Origin: the human T2T-CHM13v2.0 reference genome, Homo sapiens
Length of the DNA: 64,000 nucleotides
Direction: 5' to 3' (one strand)
NCBI RefSeq assembly: GCF_009914755.1
Contig: NC_060935.1
Part shown: positions 45,522 through 57,399 of the stretch, piece after piece
How the letters are laid out: every line of letters begins with the position of its first letter
Position numbering within the stretch: the stretch's first letter is position 1
The notes under the pieces: model-generated
What the model saw: only the letters and a program-made list of their open reading frames with translations
Told to the model about the DNA's origin: nothing
Databases searched by the model: none
Position numbers and translations under genes: made by a program

Positions 45522-48147
45522 GTAACCCACACCTGGCCCAGCTTAGTGCTGGGTACCAGTGGCCTGGGAGAGAAGGAGAAATGTCTTCTCTGGGGCCCTG
45601 TACCCTTCACCTCATCATCCATTCTGCAGTACAAGTGGTCTCTGTGGCTTTCCAGAGACAGAGTGACTTCTCCTCCTCTGTGGAAGGAACCAGCTTGGAG
45701 GGCACTGCCAGGGGCTGGGCTGGTGTCTGGGGTCTCCTCTGTCTGGGTCTGTGTGCTACCTCTGGGTGCCTGCCATCCTAGGCCCTTTATGGCCCTTCTA
45801 GGAAGTGCCAAAGCCCCTTCTTGGGCAGTGAGCACAGCCCAAGGGACTGACATTGGGGAGTGATTCAAGTTCGGGTCCCACCATCTGGAGAACATCTCCC
45901 TCCAAGCATGCCACAAGTGCTTACGTTGTGATCTTTGGGAGATGGCCCTCGGGCCTCTGCTTCCCTTGAGCCTTCAGGATCTGCAGCCTCCCATCCCAGG
46001 TGATCCTAGCTCCTGCCCCTGCCCCTTTCAGATTTCGTGCCAGCCTGCAGGGGCCACTCCCAGATGCCCAACACCGTGCCAAAAGCTCTGAAGTGGAGAG
46101 GGGTCATCTATTTCTGGATCTGACAGTATTTTTCCAATAATTTAATTTTCCTTCTGGATTTTTTGAGTTTCTTCCTCCTGCCCTCAATTTTGAGAATCTT
46201 AAAAATTCTTTGACCCTTTTTTTTTTTTTTTGGAGCTTTGGCTCTGGCCCCCAAAACCACACTCCCAAATTCTGTGCCAAATTAACTCCACGCTTGCCAA
46301 CTAGGCCTACACTAACGTCCCTTCTAATCACTGACTTGGGCTTTCCGCATGCCCCTAACTGCCAGTGCCACCCAGGTAGGGCTGAGCCATGCCCGCTTTT
46401 GCACTAACTCAGTGGGTGCCTCTGTGCCCCTGGCCTCTCTCCTCTAATGCTGCCTCCTTCTTTTCTTGGTGTGGGACCCCAGAGTTTTTATATGAAAGGA
46501 ATTGGCAGGAGGATTGGTAGCTCAACTTTACTCAAGGGGGCATTGGCAGGAGGGGTATGAGGGTGGGGGAAATGCTTGGCTGTGGAGCTGCTCAGACTGA
46601 AGAGTTCTTTCCATTGGAAATGCCTAGGCTGCTGTCTTAGGCTACTGTCTGAGGACAGCATGAGATAACCCAAGGAAGCTTCCTGGCAGCTTCCTGCACA
46701 GCAGAGTAGGCTGTCTTCCACCTATTCCCCTGCCTGCCCTCTGGAGCCAAGGAGTAAGGAGGCCCAGTTGTGGGCGTGGTCTTGGAGGGCTTGAACAGGA
46801 CCTCTCTGCCAACATAGTGGCTACCCTTCCTAGCTTTCCCTTGGGGCTTCCCAAATTCAGATACCCATCAGAGGTTGGTAATGGGTAGCCCCTACTCTTC
46901 TCCTCACTCCTGAGCCACCTATAACACAGGGTATTTTAAAGGCTGAGTCCAAGGATGAGGAAGCACCTAGACCCCAGGAACTGGCCTGATTAGGTCCTCC
47001 TCTCTGGGGATGGGTAGATGAGTTGGGTAGAGGGATGGGAGTGACTGGGTTCAGCATAGGGCCTCACTCCCAGGGATAAAGCTCAGCATTTCAGAAGGAA
47101 CCTGCCTAACCTCATTTCCCACTGACCTGGAGTTTTTTGGAGGCCTAGACTTCGCTTTCTCTGTGGGGAAGAGAGGTTATTCGAGGCTGTGGTAGTGATG
47201 GTGGTGGTGGTGATGGTGGTAGTGATGGCAATGGTGTGGAGGGTTCACTTGGCTTCCCTCCCCTGCCCTCAGCCCATGGCTCCACTCTGGCTTTGGAATC
47301 AGTAACCACAGTTTCTCCTCTGCCTGTCCTTTGAGGGGTGACTCACCAAACCCTCCCCTCGTCCCCCTTCCCACCCTCAGAGGTGTCATCTCACCCCAGA
47401 AAGAACCGTCCACCCCCTCTGTACCCACTCCTGGGACTCATTACCATGGAAACAGCCCGAACTAATTGCAACCCTCATCCCTGAAGTTCAGCCTGCAGGG
47501 CCAACACCCCACCCCGACCCTGGGCAGGAGGGGAGGGAGGCCAAGGGTGTTGGGTTGGGGTCCCCTCTGCCACACTGCTTTAACATCCTCAGCTCCTGAT
47601 TGACGCCCAACCCTGGATTTAACCCTCACCATCACTACCCTTTTTCCCTGGGTTAAATTTTGGTCTCTGGGCTGTAGTAGAAGGGGAGGGATGAGAGCTG
47701 GAGGCTCTGTGATGCAGAACCAGCCTTGACTGGTTTGGAGAGAAAACAGAGGGCCTTTTCTCGAGACCTACCCAACAATTTCAGTTCAAGGGACTTCAGG
47801 AGACCAAAATCTGTGCCCTGCCCCCACACCTCTGCCTGTGTTACCTCATCCCCTGCACCTCTGACTGCCGTGTTACCTTCAGCTCCTGGCCTTGGGCCCT
47901 CTCCCTCTTCACCTCTTTCCCTCCTCACTTTCCCTTTCTGCCCTTTTCTTTCTCCTCGCCTGGTTATTCTCCTCTTTGATTCTAGCCTTTTTTTCTCCTC
48001 TCTCAACCCCCATTGCCGACCCCCATTCTGTCCCGCCCTGGCCGCCCTCCCGCGCTCCCCTCCCGCCGCTGCCGGGCCGGAGTTGAGGAGTGTGTGTTCT
48101 GTTTCTCCCCTGTGCCCCGCCCTCTCCCTCGCCCTCCCGCCGACCAG

Positions 48148-48276
48148 GAGAGGGCGGAGCTGGCCGCGGGACGGAGGCACCTGGAGGCCCGCCAGGCGCT
48201 CTACGCCGAGCTCCAGACGCAGCTCGATAACTGCCCCGAGTCAGTGCGGGAACAGTTACAGGAGCAGCTGAGAAGG
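48148..48276 (+). CDS. PHLDB1: PHLDB1 cassette exon (43 aa, coiled coil)
   Basis: gaccag|GAG...AGAAGG|gtcagt; ERAELAAGRRHLEARQALYAELQTQLDNCPESVREQLQEQLRR; phase 0/0; CpG-rich. Confidence 0.88.
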
Positions 48277-48617
48277 GTCAGTTCCACCGCCCCCCCTCCC
48301 CCGGCCCCGCGGGCCACGCCCCAGAAGGAAGAGAGGAGAGCGGTGGGACGGGACCACCTGGCCTCTGCAGTACCTGCCGGACACCAGGGTCGGTGCTGCG
48401 GTTTGGAGGGAACCGGGAAGGTTGGGGAATCAGCGCTCCAGGCCATGATGCCCGCAAAAGGGCAAGGCCAAGTACAGCGGGAGCTGGGGGGAGGCAGGTT
48501 TCTTACCCAATTTCCCCGGGTCCAGCCCCATACAACGCATGCCCCTGTGGCCTGGTCTTCCAGGCCCAGAGTGGCATTGCAAGCACCACCCAACCCCCTT
48601 TGTCACTGTCGTTGAAG

Positions 48618-48773
48618 GAGGCAGAGGCCCTGGAGACTGAGACAAAGCTCTTTGAGGACTTGGAGTTCCAGCAGTTGGAGCGGGAGAGCCGCGTGGAGGA
48701 GGAGCGCGAGCTGGCCGGCCAGGGGCTGCTCCGGAGCAAGGCTGAGCTGCTCCGCAGCATCGCCAAGAGGAAG
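48618..48773 (+). CDS. PHLDB1: PHLDB1 coding exon 9
   Basis: EAEALETETKLFEDLEFQQLERESRVEEERELAGQGLLRSKAELLRSIAKRK. Confidence 0.95.
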
Positions 48774-48814
48774 GTGTGCCCCACCTCGTTCCCTGCTGCG
48801 TGCTGTTGGAGGCC

Positions 48815-48990
48815 AGTGACCTGGGTTTGAATCCCAATGACCTCACAAAAGTTAACTTCGTCTTTTGTGCCTGGATTTCCTTGTCTGTAAAATGAGAATT
48901 ACAACAGGTTGTTGTGAGAATTAAACAAGATGTAAAGACAGAATAGGATGTGATTGTAATGAGCACTCGGTGAAGAATAACTATTATTAA
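48815..48990. mobile_element. MIR fragment
   Basis: gacctgggtttgaatccc..tttccttgtctgtaaaatgag..gttgtgagaattaaa. Confidence 0.7.
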
Positions 48991-50557
48991 GCTCTGACTC
49001 CCCTCAGTCTTCCAGTGGAAAGTGGATTCTGCTCCCATTCAGAGCTTGGCACTGGCCCAGCAGGAAGGTGAAAGATGGAGGAGGAGGAGGCTTGCCCCTG
49101 TGCTTGCAGAGCTCTTGTCTGGTGGAAGTGCTGGGACACACAGAAAGATTTGAGATCTGGATATTAGAGCCAGCTAGGGGCCCTAGAAAGGGCATTCATT
49201 TCGGTTCCAGCCATGGCTCAGCCCTGCCTTGGCTGAGCTATAAAACAAGGGTTATTGGGTATTGTGGCCTGGCCAGCTGTGACACGCTAGCTAGATACTG
49301 TGATCACCTGCTCTTGATCTCAGCCAGACCACAGGATGGTGGCACAGGTGACTGTGTATGTTTGGGGAGTAAAGCTGGGAGGAGGTATGTGTTAGTAAGG
49401 GTTGGGAAGAGGTGAGGGAGGGATTGGAGAGGATGGCTCAAGCAGCTTCCACCCTTATGGCTGAAGCTTGTGGCCATGCACATGCACACATGCATGTACA
49501 TTTTGCTTGGCTGGAGTTAGTGTGGGGGAAGTGAGGGTGGTGAGATTGGGGAGGGGTGTCTAAAATTGGTGACGTAGGGGATTTGCTGGTTAGCCTGGGG
49601 TTGGTGGTAAGTGGGGAGCTGCTGGACTTTCCTTGAGTCCAGATCCCATGCTTCTCTCCCTGAGCTGCTGTCTTACAAACGCACTTTCTGGATGTAAGAC
49701 TGACTGATGAAAGGAGGGAAGAAAATTGACACACCTAAGCACATGGGTGTGTGTCAGGCACCTTGCTGGGAGCCTTCCTTGGATTACCTCAATGCTGTCC
49801 TTAGGACGGTATCACAAGACAAGTGCTGTTATTCCCATTTTATAGACAAGGAAACTAGGAGTAGGAGAAGCTACACATTTTGCCCAAAGCCTCCCATTAT
49901 ATAAGCTTCAGAGTCAGAATTGGAACCCAGGCCTGTTGGCCCAAATCCCACGTTCCTTCGACTGTACTGCACTGAGGCTAGGGGCGGGCACTTCTCTAGC
50001 CTCTTCCTCTTTCTTTCTGGAGGGAATGCGGTAGGGAGCTGTAGATCAGCTAATCTCATCCCTTTGGGGTTCTGGTGAGTATAAGCTCCAGGGAGTTTGG
50101 GAGGGCTTGGCAGTAGTGGATTCCTCTTCCCACACCCACCCTGCCTCCTGGGAAACCGGAGCTCAGCCCCTAGGACCTGGGGTGTCACATTCTTCCCCAT
50201 GCTCCTCCTTAGGAACCTTATCCAGCTTTCATCCTCAGACCCTAGTGTCCCACCCTAGGCTCTGTCTGCCCTGGTGCCCTGTGCTCCCCTGCCCTTTCCA
50301 CTCTGATTCAGAGTGACTCAGAGTACTGGTCTGGGAGTCCAATAGATGATTCTAATCCGTGCTCTACCACTTAGCTGGCTAAGAGATCTTAGCTCCTAAA
50401 TATGTTGGTGTTCTCACCTATAAAATGGGTATAAATGCACCTGCCTCATAAAGGAGCTTATTAAATTACGTAACAAATGCAAAACATTTAGCAGAGTTCC
50501 TGGCTCCTAATGGGTTCTTAGTAGATGGCAGCTCTTGCGGTGAGGATTACTGCCTAG

Positions 50558-50870
<313 letters not shown>

Positions 50871-51039
50871 AGCCTACTTTGGTCTTTTCTTGGACTGACC
50901 CCAAATTTAGGACATCTCCCTTCTTTAACTCTTCCTTTCCCATGATTTGTTCCTAAAGATGGTGGTTTAAGGCCGCCTTCTTCAGGAAGCCCTCCTGGGA
51001 TTAACCCAGCCCATTTTTCCCATCTCTCATCCTTCCCCC

Positions 51040-51750
51040 TTACTTACTATCTTTTCATTTCCTTTTAGCACATGATTGTTGAGCCAGGTACTGTTCTAAA
51101 AGCCCTATTGGGGGTATAAAGACAGAAAAGACAATGTGGATCTTACGTTTGGGGCAGGCTGGTGGTGGTGGTAACAGATATATTCACAAATAACAATAAT
51201 AAAGGCAGATGGTGATACAGAAGAATGTGAGCACAGAGGAAGGAGCAAAGAAATCGGCAATCAAGGAAGGCTTTGGAGAGGAGATAGCATTTGGTCTAGT
51301 CTTAGATGATAAGTAAGCTCTTGATAGGTAGAGAAGATTGGAACAGCTCTCCTGGCCTAAGGAAGCGACATAAGAAAGGCCTGAGAGTTTACAGCTACAC
51401 AGCTGAGTGTACAGTGTGGCTGAGCTGAAAGGACATGGAGGCTGTAAGAGGGAGGGGAGCTGCAAAGGGTTCGGGAGCCCCGAATGCCTGGTAAGGAGTT
51501 TGTGCTTTATCCTGTGTGTAATGAGGAGCCACTGAAAGATTTTGAGGAGAGGCATGATCTGACCTTACTTGTGGATTTTTAAAAAATTATTCAAGTAATA
51601 TTCCTTTTTAGAAAGTAATTTTTCTTTTTAGAAAGATTAGAAAATTCAGATAAGCAAACAAACCTCAAAGTCATCTTAGGAAGATATTTGTGACAGTGTG
51701 GAGTGGATCAGGAAGTTGAGAGAGTGGAAGCAAAGGCTGGTGAGAAGGTC
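51040..51750 (-). mobile_element. L2 fragment
   Basis: gagccaggtactgttcta..; aaggagtttgtgctttatcctg..gagccactgaaagattttga, typical of L2 3' region. Confidence 0.6.
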
Positions 51751-52115
51751 CAGACCAGGGAAGCAGAGGGCCTGGATTTGGGTGGTGGCAAGTGGGGTTG
51801 GGACAGGGAGAATGAGGCAGATGGAGTGTCTCTAGGCTTTGGGACCCATTGGTTGTAGGGTAAGGGAAGGGAGATTTGAGGATCTGAGTGGTGTGCCTAA
51901 TGGCACAGGGGTCATTGGTCAAGGGAGGGAGGGAGGCCCGAGGGAAGGAGCCCACATGGCAGCCTGTTTTCTTAGGGTGAGTTGAGGCCAAGCAGAAGAG
52001 CTGGTTGATCCCCTTCACCTGAGCCTTGAGTGTCTGGGCAGGAGAGCCAGCTAGTTCTCACCTTGGGCTCAGCCCTGTCTCCCCAGGGCCTGATCAACCA
52101 CCCCATCTCCTTTAG

Positions 52116-52226
52116 GAGCGCCTGGCCATCCTGGACAGTCAGGCTGGGCAGATCCGGGCTCAGGCCGTGCAGGAATCAGAACGCCTGGCCCGGGACAAGA
52201 ATGCCTCCTTACAGCTGCTGCAAAAG
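52116..52226 (+). CDS. PHLDB1: PHLDB1 coding exon 10
   Basis: ERLAILDSQAGQIRAQAVQESERLARDKNASLQLLQK. Confidence 0.96.
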
Positions 52227-52386
52227 GTAGGGTCCCTGAGGTTGGGCCGGGAGATTTGGAGTAGGGTAAGTGGGAGGGGAGTGCAGAAGGACTGGGGTGT
52301 AAATGTGCTGGGGTGGAGCACAGGGCCCCCCTCACACAGTCTCCTGGCTCCCACTCCTCTTTGACTCTGCCATTCTGGGCTCGCAG

Positions 52387-52476
52387 GAGAAGGAGAAGCT
52401 GACTGTGCTGGAAAGGAGATACCACTCACTCACAGGGGGCAGGCCTTTCCCGAAGACCACATCGACCCTCAAAGAG
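52387..52476 (+). CDS. PHLDB1: PHLDB1 coding exon 11
   Basis: EKEKLTVLERRYHSLTGGRPFPKTTSTLKE. Confidence 0.96.
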
Positions 52477-53085
52477 GTATCATGATTGGATTAGCCCCAG
52501 CTTCAGGCCCAAGGCGTGTCCTGGGAGGCTCTGAGTAACACATGGCACTTTCACCCCAGTAGCTGAGGTTGTGTGGGGGCATCTTCCTGAATGGGAGAGA
52601 TTTGAGGAGGAATGGCCCCAAGCTCTGGGATTTGATTTTCCATGGCTGCCAGCTGCCTCTGTTTAGTTGCCTCTGGGGTTCCCAGGAGCCCACAGATTTC
52701 ACTGTTTTTGGTGGCTGAATATATGTGGGGGGACTCAGGGGCCTGGGTTGGGTGGGTAGACAGCTCAGAGGCTTGGTAGGGGCCGGGCTGGATGGACTCA
52801 CCTTGAAGGGGAGCATAGGGATATAGGGGTGCTGATCCTGGGGCTCTTGGGCTTCAGTCCTGAGTTAGGCATTTGTCTCAGAAGAGGATATTGAGGCCCC
52901 TTAAGTGGTTCTTCCCCAAGTCTGTATGTCTGGTGTGTGAATTCCAAATAGAACATATCTGGTTTACCAACTTCGTTCCCTCCCTCCCTCCCTCCCTGCC
53001 TCACTACACAAACAATTTAGGCCTGCGGTGGGGAACTGGGCCAAGTGTGAGGGATGCAGCCCCTCACCATGTCCCCTCTCTGTAG

Positions 53086-53229
53086 GCCGAGCTGCTCATC
53101 TCCGAGTCCTCAGAGATGGGGCTGGGGACTAAGGCTCTGGGCCTTTTCCCAGGGTCTTCTCAGGCTGGGGCCTCCTCTGTCTCTTTAACCCCACCTGCTT
53201 CCACTCTTCTCTGCCCCAAAGCACAAGAG
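53086..53229 (+). CDS. PHLDB1: PHLDB1 candidate cassette exon A (48 aa)
   Basis: ctctctgtag|GCC...CAAGAG|gtaatc; AELLISESSEMGLGTKALGLFPGSSQAGASSVSLTPPASTLLCPKAQE; 144 nt, phase 0/0. Confidence 0.72.
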
Positions 53230-54347
53230 GTAATCACAGCTAACTGCGTGCTCTGCTTTGCCCACTGCCTGTCTGCCTGCCCGCTGAGCCCCTGCCTACA
53301 GCTCCTCCCAGGGCTTAGCTGAAGGGCATGTGGTGATAGTTTCTTGGCTGGCCAGAGTTTGGGAGAGTGTGTGCGAGCATGCCATGCCGCCATTCCATAG
53401 AGTGCCTGTGCAGCCCATTGAATTGCATATTTATTTGCCATGCAGAATATAATTCTGCATGCCATTCATTAGTTCTCACAACATGCTGGACCCTCTGACT
53501 GACTTTCCTTTTCCATGACCCCAGAGGACAACCTGGTTCTAGAGCTAGGCCTGGATGGGCCCCTTGGGTAGAGCAGGCTTATGATCCTGCGCTTTGATTC
53601 AGCATGCATTGTGGAGGTCTACCATGCTCCCAGCACCCAGATAAGCTCAGTTTCTAAGGACAGGTGATGAATACGACAGTCCCTATCCTCCCGACCCACA
53701 GTTGAATGTGTTGGCATCTTTCCAAGGACTCACCTTGGGCAGTGGGCCCATTTTTCTGCTAGGCTTTTAGCTGTTCTTGCTAAGGCCTCTTTCTCACAGC
53801 CCATCTTGCTCAGGCCCTGGTGATGTCTCCACCTTCCCCCACCTGTTTCTAGCTCCTGTCCAGGCTGATGGGGTGTGAGGGGACCCTGGGGAATGGTGTG
53901 ACTGGTGCTCAATGCTGCATGTGTGTGCCCCACTGGGGACTGCCAGGTTGTTGGGGACGGGGAGGGGGTCTCTGGAAGCTGGGTTCTGATCCTCAGTGAA
54001 CTCTTAGAAGGCCTTCTGTGGGCTTCTTTGCCTGCCCCCAGCCCAGGGCGAATTCAGGCATGGGCCTTCAGGGTCTGCTTGGGGCAGGACTGGATGCCAA
54101 AGTGGCTCTTTAAGAGTGGAGGGCAGGAGGAGCCTTCAGACAGTTGGTTCTGCTGCCCTTTTCTGGTCTCTGTCACTCCCTGCAGCCATCTATGGGCATA
54201 GCAGGCACCCTACCCCTGCCTTGGATTTTGTATTGACATGGAGTGATGGCCCTGTGGCCTGGCATGGAGTTTGGGGTGTTGGGCACCTTATTGAACCCTG
54301 TTAACCCCTTCTTTGCCCACCCCTACCCCTTCTACTGGGCACCCCAG

Positions 54348-54452
54348 GAATATGTGACCCTGGCAGAAGTTTTCCAGCTGTGTTCCCGCTTGGACCCCTA
54401 TGCTTCTGCCACTTCCCCCAGTGTGCTCGCCCAGCCCCTGCCTGACAGTGAG
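54348..54452 (+). CDS. PHLDB1: PHLDB1 candidate cassette exon B (35 aa)
   Basis: ccccag|GAA...AGTGAG|gtacca; EYVTLAEVFQLCSRLDPYASATSPSVLAQPLPDSE; 105 nt, phase 0/0. Confidence 0.7.
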
Positions 54453-54838
54453 GTACCAGCCACCGAGGGTGCCCACCAATGCCCAAGGACCTCTTTATGG
54501 ATGGCCTAGATTCCCCCTTGGGCCTGGGTGGAGCTAGGGGGACAGAAGGGTCTGTGTTCGACAGTGAGGGAGAAGGGCAGCCTGCATAAGGGGAGGTTGG
54601 GAGTGGTTTCTTTTTTTCCCTGGGGCCTTGGGAGCTTTCTTTAGCTCCTATGGCCTGGGGAGGGGCACGCCTTCTGCTCTAGGATGAGGGTGTCGAGTTG
54701 AGAGGACTCTGGCTTTCCTAGGCTGCAGGCTCTGTACTTTCTGCCCTTTCCCTCCCTTCCCCTGTGGGTAGGGCCATCTCATGTGTTCTGGTTCCATTAA
54801 CCTCTTATATTCCCTCCTGCGTCTGGCCTTGCTCCAAG

Positions 54839-55009
54839 TACGTGATGCTTGAGCAGCTAAAGGTGATGCGGGGCACCTCGCCCATGCCCCCAGCCCCTGT
54901 GCCAGGCCTTTCTCCCTGGGCCTCCGCCTCCCGGGACCTGGTTCCCACCACCTGCCTTCCTCCCATGCTGCCCTCCTCCTCGTTCGCTTCCATCACGCCT
55001 TCACCTAAG
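54839..55009 (+). CDS. PHLDB1: PHLDB1 candidate cassette exon C (57 aa)
   Basis: gctccaag|TAC...CCTAAG|gttggt; YVMLEQLKVMRGTSPMPPAPVPGLSPWASASRDLVPTTCLPPMLPSSSFASITPSPK; 171 nt, phase 0/0. Confidence 0.68.
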
Positions 55010-55478
55010 GTTGGTGGTTTGTGAGTTCTTGCTACCCCCACCCATGACTGGTGTGCTCTGTGTGTGTTTTGCTCCTGCTCACCTGGCCTCTTGGCTCTGG
55101 GCCAGCCCAAGGGGAGTGCCCAGTGCCTGCAGGCTCTGTCTGGTGGCTGGTTTCATGGCTGGTGTAGCACATGTCTGTGGTCTGGAAGTTGTACCCTGAC
55201 TGTTTCTCTTTGCCCTTAGTACATTCAGGGCAACTGTTGTCTCACTGTTTTTCTCTTCTTTTTCTTGATGCTCTCCTTTCTCCCTTCCTTCCTCCCCTTC
55301 TTCCTTCACCTTCCTGTCCATTTCCCTGATGTGGCCTTCCTTTTTAACCTTCCCCTTCCTTCTTCCTCTTCTTTCTTCTTTCTCCCTTCTCCTGCCTTTT
55401 CCTTTCCCTTTATTTCCTGGCCTTTCCTCTCCATCCTCCCCTCCTGTCCCCTTTTCCCCTCCCCATTCCCACCTCCAG

Positions 55479-55619
55479 ATGGAGAAGCTGCTGCTCCCTG
55501 CTGTAGACTTAGAGCAGTGGTACCAGGAGCTGATGGCCGGGCTGGGGACTGGCCCCGCTGCAGCCTCCCCTCACTCTTCTCCCCCGCCTCTGCCCGCCAA
55601 AGCTTCCCGTCAGCTGCAG
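55479..55619 (+). CDS. PHLDB1: PHLDB1 coding exon 12 (symmetric, probably alternative)
   Basis: MEKLLLPAVDLEQWYQELMAGLGTGPAAASPHSSPPPLPAKASRQLQ; 141 nt. Confidence 0.93.
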
Positions 55620-56389
55620 GTAACCCCTCCTTCACTGCCCGTCCTCCCCAGCCTTTGCACCTGTCCACTCTGATACCTCCTGCCAATCCATCAGCCACAC
55701 AGTACCACCTTGAGTGGAGGCGTCAGCCCAGTCAGGGCAATGAGGGCACCTCTGGGCCCTGAGAGGGTCACTCCTTGGGCAGCCATCCTGGCATGTGGGC
55801 AACCGGGGGGCCAGCCTCCATAGTCTAAAACTATCTGATTGAGTGTCTGGTGGAAGAGGATTCTGGAGCTGTGGTCAGTTTGGGATCTGTTTGGTGCCCT
55901 GTGCTGAGCTAGGCTGTGGGTCTGGCCTATGCTTGGCAGCCCCCAACACCTGGAGCTTCTCACCCAGTCTGGGGGCCTGACAGGCTCTTGGGCCTGTGGC
56001 AACTGGAACTAGTGTGTCCTGGGAAGAACTGCCAGTATTTTGTTCTCCTGGTCTCTCCAGCAGTGACACTTGGAAGCAGAAAACAAAGGGCAAAGACTCT
56101 GAAGTGACAGCCTAAGCCTCCTCAGAGTTGCCATGGAGGGCGTGGGCCTACCTGAACCTGCAGCAAGCAACTGACCATGGGGTGGGAAAGGGGGCTGGGC
56201 TAGTCTTCTCCTCAGGTTTCCTCCACTGACCAGCTGCAGTGCCTAAGATTGACCATTTAAGATCACCCCTTGAGTGAAGGCACTGCATCTGTAAGACTGT
56301 GACCTCAGCTAAAATTTCATGTTTCCTTGGGGAGGAGTTTGATCATGTAAGACTTCTACTGTGTACCCAGCTGGTTAGAGATTTTAACG

Positions 56390-56720
56390 TGTTTTGATTC
56401 TCTGATCATCATCATAGGCCTTTGAGGTAGATGAAGTTAACTCATTTTATAGATGAAACACTGGGGCCTAGAGAAGATAAGTAATCTCTCCAAGGCCACA
56501 CAGCTAGGAAGTAGCAGAGCTTATGCCACGTCAGGGTTTGTGACACTAAAGGCCATATTCACCACATGCTAGTGCTGCAGGGGAGCTTGGCCATTATTTA
56601 GTCTAGTCCTACCCCCTTCTTTTGCAGATAAGGAAGCCAAGGCCCAGAGTAGGGAGGTGTGTGGCCCAAGGTCACACAGCCTGTTAGTGGCAGAGCTAGG
56701 ACCAGAGGGAACCCAGCTTC
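56390..56720. mobile_element. Two MIR fragments
   Basis: cattttatagatgaaacactggggcctagaga..ccaaggccacacagctag; gcagataaggaagccaaggcccagag..ccaaggtcacacag. Confidence 0.7.
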
Positions 56721-57024
56721 TAGTTGGTCTCCTGCACAACTGCCTGACTGACATTAAATCCTTGCATGGGTCTGTTTACAGGTCTTTTCTTAGACCCAGG
56801 GTTGGGCTAGGGATTGGCCCAGGGAGGAACAGCCTGGAAAGGAGAATTGGCAGCTGCCAATAGCATCTGGCCATTGGGCTGGCTCAGGAGGCTTGTTGTC
56901 AGAGCCAGAAGGCCTCAGAGGCCTAGTGCCAGGGCGGTACGTCAGATCACAGCAGACTAGGTGACATGGGGGAGGTGGCCAATGGGGGAGCCAGGAATCA
57001 CTGGGCACTATCTTTTCTTTCCAG

Positions 57025-57165
57025 GTTTACCGCTCCAAGATGGATGGCGAGGCCACCAGCCCCCTTCCCCGGACCCGCAGCGGCCCCCTCCCCTCCTCCT
57101 CTGGCTCTTCCTCCTCCTCCTCCCAGCTCAGCGTGGCTACCCTGGGGCGTAGCCCCTCCCCAAAG
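57025..57165 (+). CDS. PHLDB1: PHLDB1 coding exon 13
   Basis: VYRSKMDGEATSPLPRTRSGPLPSSSGSSSSSSQLSVATLGRSPSPK. Confidence 0.96.
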
Positions 57166-57224
57166 GTCTGAGGACAGTGGGTGGGGCTGCACATGTGGCT
57201 GGGGATGGAGACTTCCACCCTGGG

Positions 57225-57304
57225 GAGAGGCCAAGACCTTGGGAATGGGGGTAAGGGCCTTCTGAGCCCAGGTCCGAACTCTCCATTCCTCTGCAGAGCG
57301 CTCT
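57225..57304 (+). ncRNA. MIR6716: MIR6716 precursor (5p 57240-57259; 3p 57273-57294)
   Basis: Matches recalled miR-6716-5p UGGGAAUGGGGGUAAGGGCC and -3p UCCGAACUCUCCAUUCCUCUGC; arms are complementary; 3p abuts the acceptor AG. Confidence 0.88.
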
Positions 57305-57399
57305 ACTCACCCAGAATGGCACGGGCAGCCTTCCTCGCAACCTGGCAGCCACACTGCAGGACATCGAGACCAAGCGCCAACTAGCTCTGCAGCAGAAGG
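57297..57399 (+). CDS. PHLDB1: PHLDB1 coding exon 14
   Basis: SALLTQNGTGSLPRNLAATLQDIETKRQLALQQK; ends phase 1, G|gtgagt. Confidence 0.96.

Noticed and set aside
47189-47236. Poly-His ORF on the minus strand
   Set aside because: Degenerate (GGT/GAT)n simple repeat, not coding
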